Source: a virus
Lineage: Duplodnaviria; Caudoviricetes
DNA length: 64,000 bases
Reading direction: 5' to 3' (one strand)
IMG/VR virus record: IMGVR_UViG_3300009826_000020
Location: 19,019 to 83,018 of that record
This document shows, piece after piece, positions 63,091 through 64,000 of the stretch (within the stretch, counting starts at the first letter, position 1; the number at the start of each line of letters is the position of its first letter). The notes beneath the pieces were generated by a model. The model ran no database searches. It was given only the letters and a program-made list of their open reading frames with translations, and had not been told where the DNA came from. Made by a program: the position numbers and the translations under genes.

Positions 63091-64000
63091 GTCATCGAGC
63101 ACTGAGTCTCCAGCAGTTTCCAGAAGGCGGGATACACGCCAACCCAGCCGGTCCCGTCCACCCCTACTTTCCCCAGAGGGGAGGGGATAAAGGTCCTTCT
63201 ACCGGGGTGCAGGGCAAATTCTTCAAGGATCCCAAGCCTGAGGCATCGGCACGATACCCACGGGGATATACGCCCGAGCGTATGCATGAGATCGTTGAGT
63301 CGGGCATCGAGGTCAACCCACCACGGTATGGAGGCAAGGGTAAGCCCCCACTGCCCGGTTGGAGTGAGTCGGGGGCATTCTCCGGCCCTGGTGGGACTGC
63401 TCAGGTCAGGCAGACTCTCGCTCGATCCACCATGCCACTGGAGGATCTTGAGACTCATGGGCCGAAGAATCCAGGGTATGGTGAAAAACTACCACTAGGT
63501 AGTCTCGTCACGATTAAAACCGGACAGAGGCTGAATGGTCTTGCAGGATTAACCAGTCTGGGTCGAGTCCAATTGGCTCCCAGCGGGATCTCTGGGGGCA
63601 AGGGTTCCGCCCGAGAGCAGCAGGCGGCACAGGGTGAGACGCTCATCCATGAAATGGGACATGCTGTTTCCTCTGCTCGTAATCTGCGGACTACTCGTGA
63701 ATGGGGTGAAGGAGGCAAAACTCCGACCGAGGAACGCCAAAATGTTGGGCGTGAGGAGGCCTTCGCTGACGATTATATGCGGACACATTTTCGTCCTGAT
63801 CCCCGTGACGTCCGTAGGGGTATAAAGGGGAGGAAGTGGTCAGGGTATGAAGACCCCCGGACTTGGCGTAATTACCAGGCCGGATGGGGTGTCGGTGGAT
63901 CGGTAAGAAGGCAAGGCACCCCTGTTAAGGGTGGGCAGACAGCGTACAAAGCCTATATGGGTGCCAGGAAAACTCCTATGGTGCCGTATGAGGCCGAACC
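63087..64000 (+). CDS. HExxH zinc metallopeptidase-like protein, truncated by the window end (not in ORF track)
   Basis: TTGA overlap; 304 open codons checked by hand; TLIHEMGH (63648-63662) ... REEAFADDY. Confidence 0.85.
   Translation, partial: MSHRALSLQQFPEGGIHANPAGPVHPYFPQRGGDKGPSTGVQGKFFKDPKPEASARYPRGYTPERMHEIVESGIEVNPPRYGGKGKPPLPGWSESGAFSGPGGTAQVRQTLARSTMPLEDLETHGPKNPGYGEKLPLGSLVTIKTGQRLNGLAGLTSLGRVQLAPSGISGGKGSAREQQAAQGETLIHEMGHAVSSARNLRTTREWGEGGKTPTEERQNVGREEAFADDYMRTHFRPDPRDVRRGIKGRKWSGYEDPRTWRNYQAGWGVGGSVRRQGTPVKGGQTAYKAYMGARKTPMVPYEAE

Noticed and set aside
1-64000. tRNA, rRNA, integrase/att site, endolysin, capsid/portal/terminase
   Set aside because: None recognised by eye; tRNAscan-SE and HMM searches would be needed to exclude them fully, and these genes probably lie outside the window

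Overview
This is a 64 kb slice of a large contractile-tailed (myovirus-type) phage, almost certainly infecting an actinobacterium. The host call rests on WhiB, a Pup-like peptide and TAnnnT -10 boxes placed for leaderless translation. The gene content resembles the large actinophage myoviruses typified by mycobacteriophage Bxz1, but the sequence alone does not allow a taxonomic call. Layout: (i) 0.1-13.5 kb, + strand, replication and recombination: primase, SNF2-like helicase, gp32-like SSB, PolA, RecA, resolvase-like protein, WhiB, Cas4-like nuclease, RuvC. (ii) 13.5-23.5 kb, +, small virion proteins, tail collar, gp25, baseplate J, two paralogous tail proteins (one with an inserted OmpA-like domain) and a tail-I-like protein with LysM. 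(iii) 23.7-36.6 kb, - strand, head-tail connector, HNH, holin-like genes, collagen-like and lectin fibres, a GH16 fibre and a 2OG-Fe(II) oxygenase. (iv) 36.8-50.6 kb, +, terminator, sheath, tube, chaperone, tape measure with SLT, NlpC/P60 fusion, LysM, hub and a gp5-like spike with collagen repeats. (v) 50.6-64 kb accessory region: GT2-methyltransferase, DUF2786-like, KTSC-like, AT-hook and Pup-like proteins, plus a cassette (ParB-like, ADP-ribosyltransferase, HExxH peptidase) whose products share an N-terminal AL[NST]xxQ[FY] motif. No capsid, portal, terminase, integrase, tRNA or CRISPR array was seen. All family calls come from motifs read by eye; no database searches were run.
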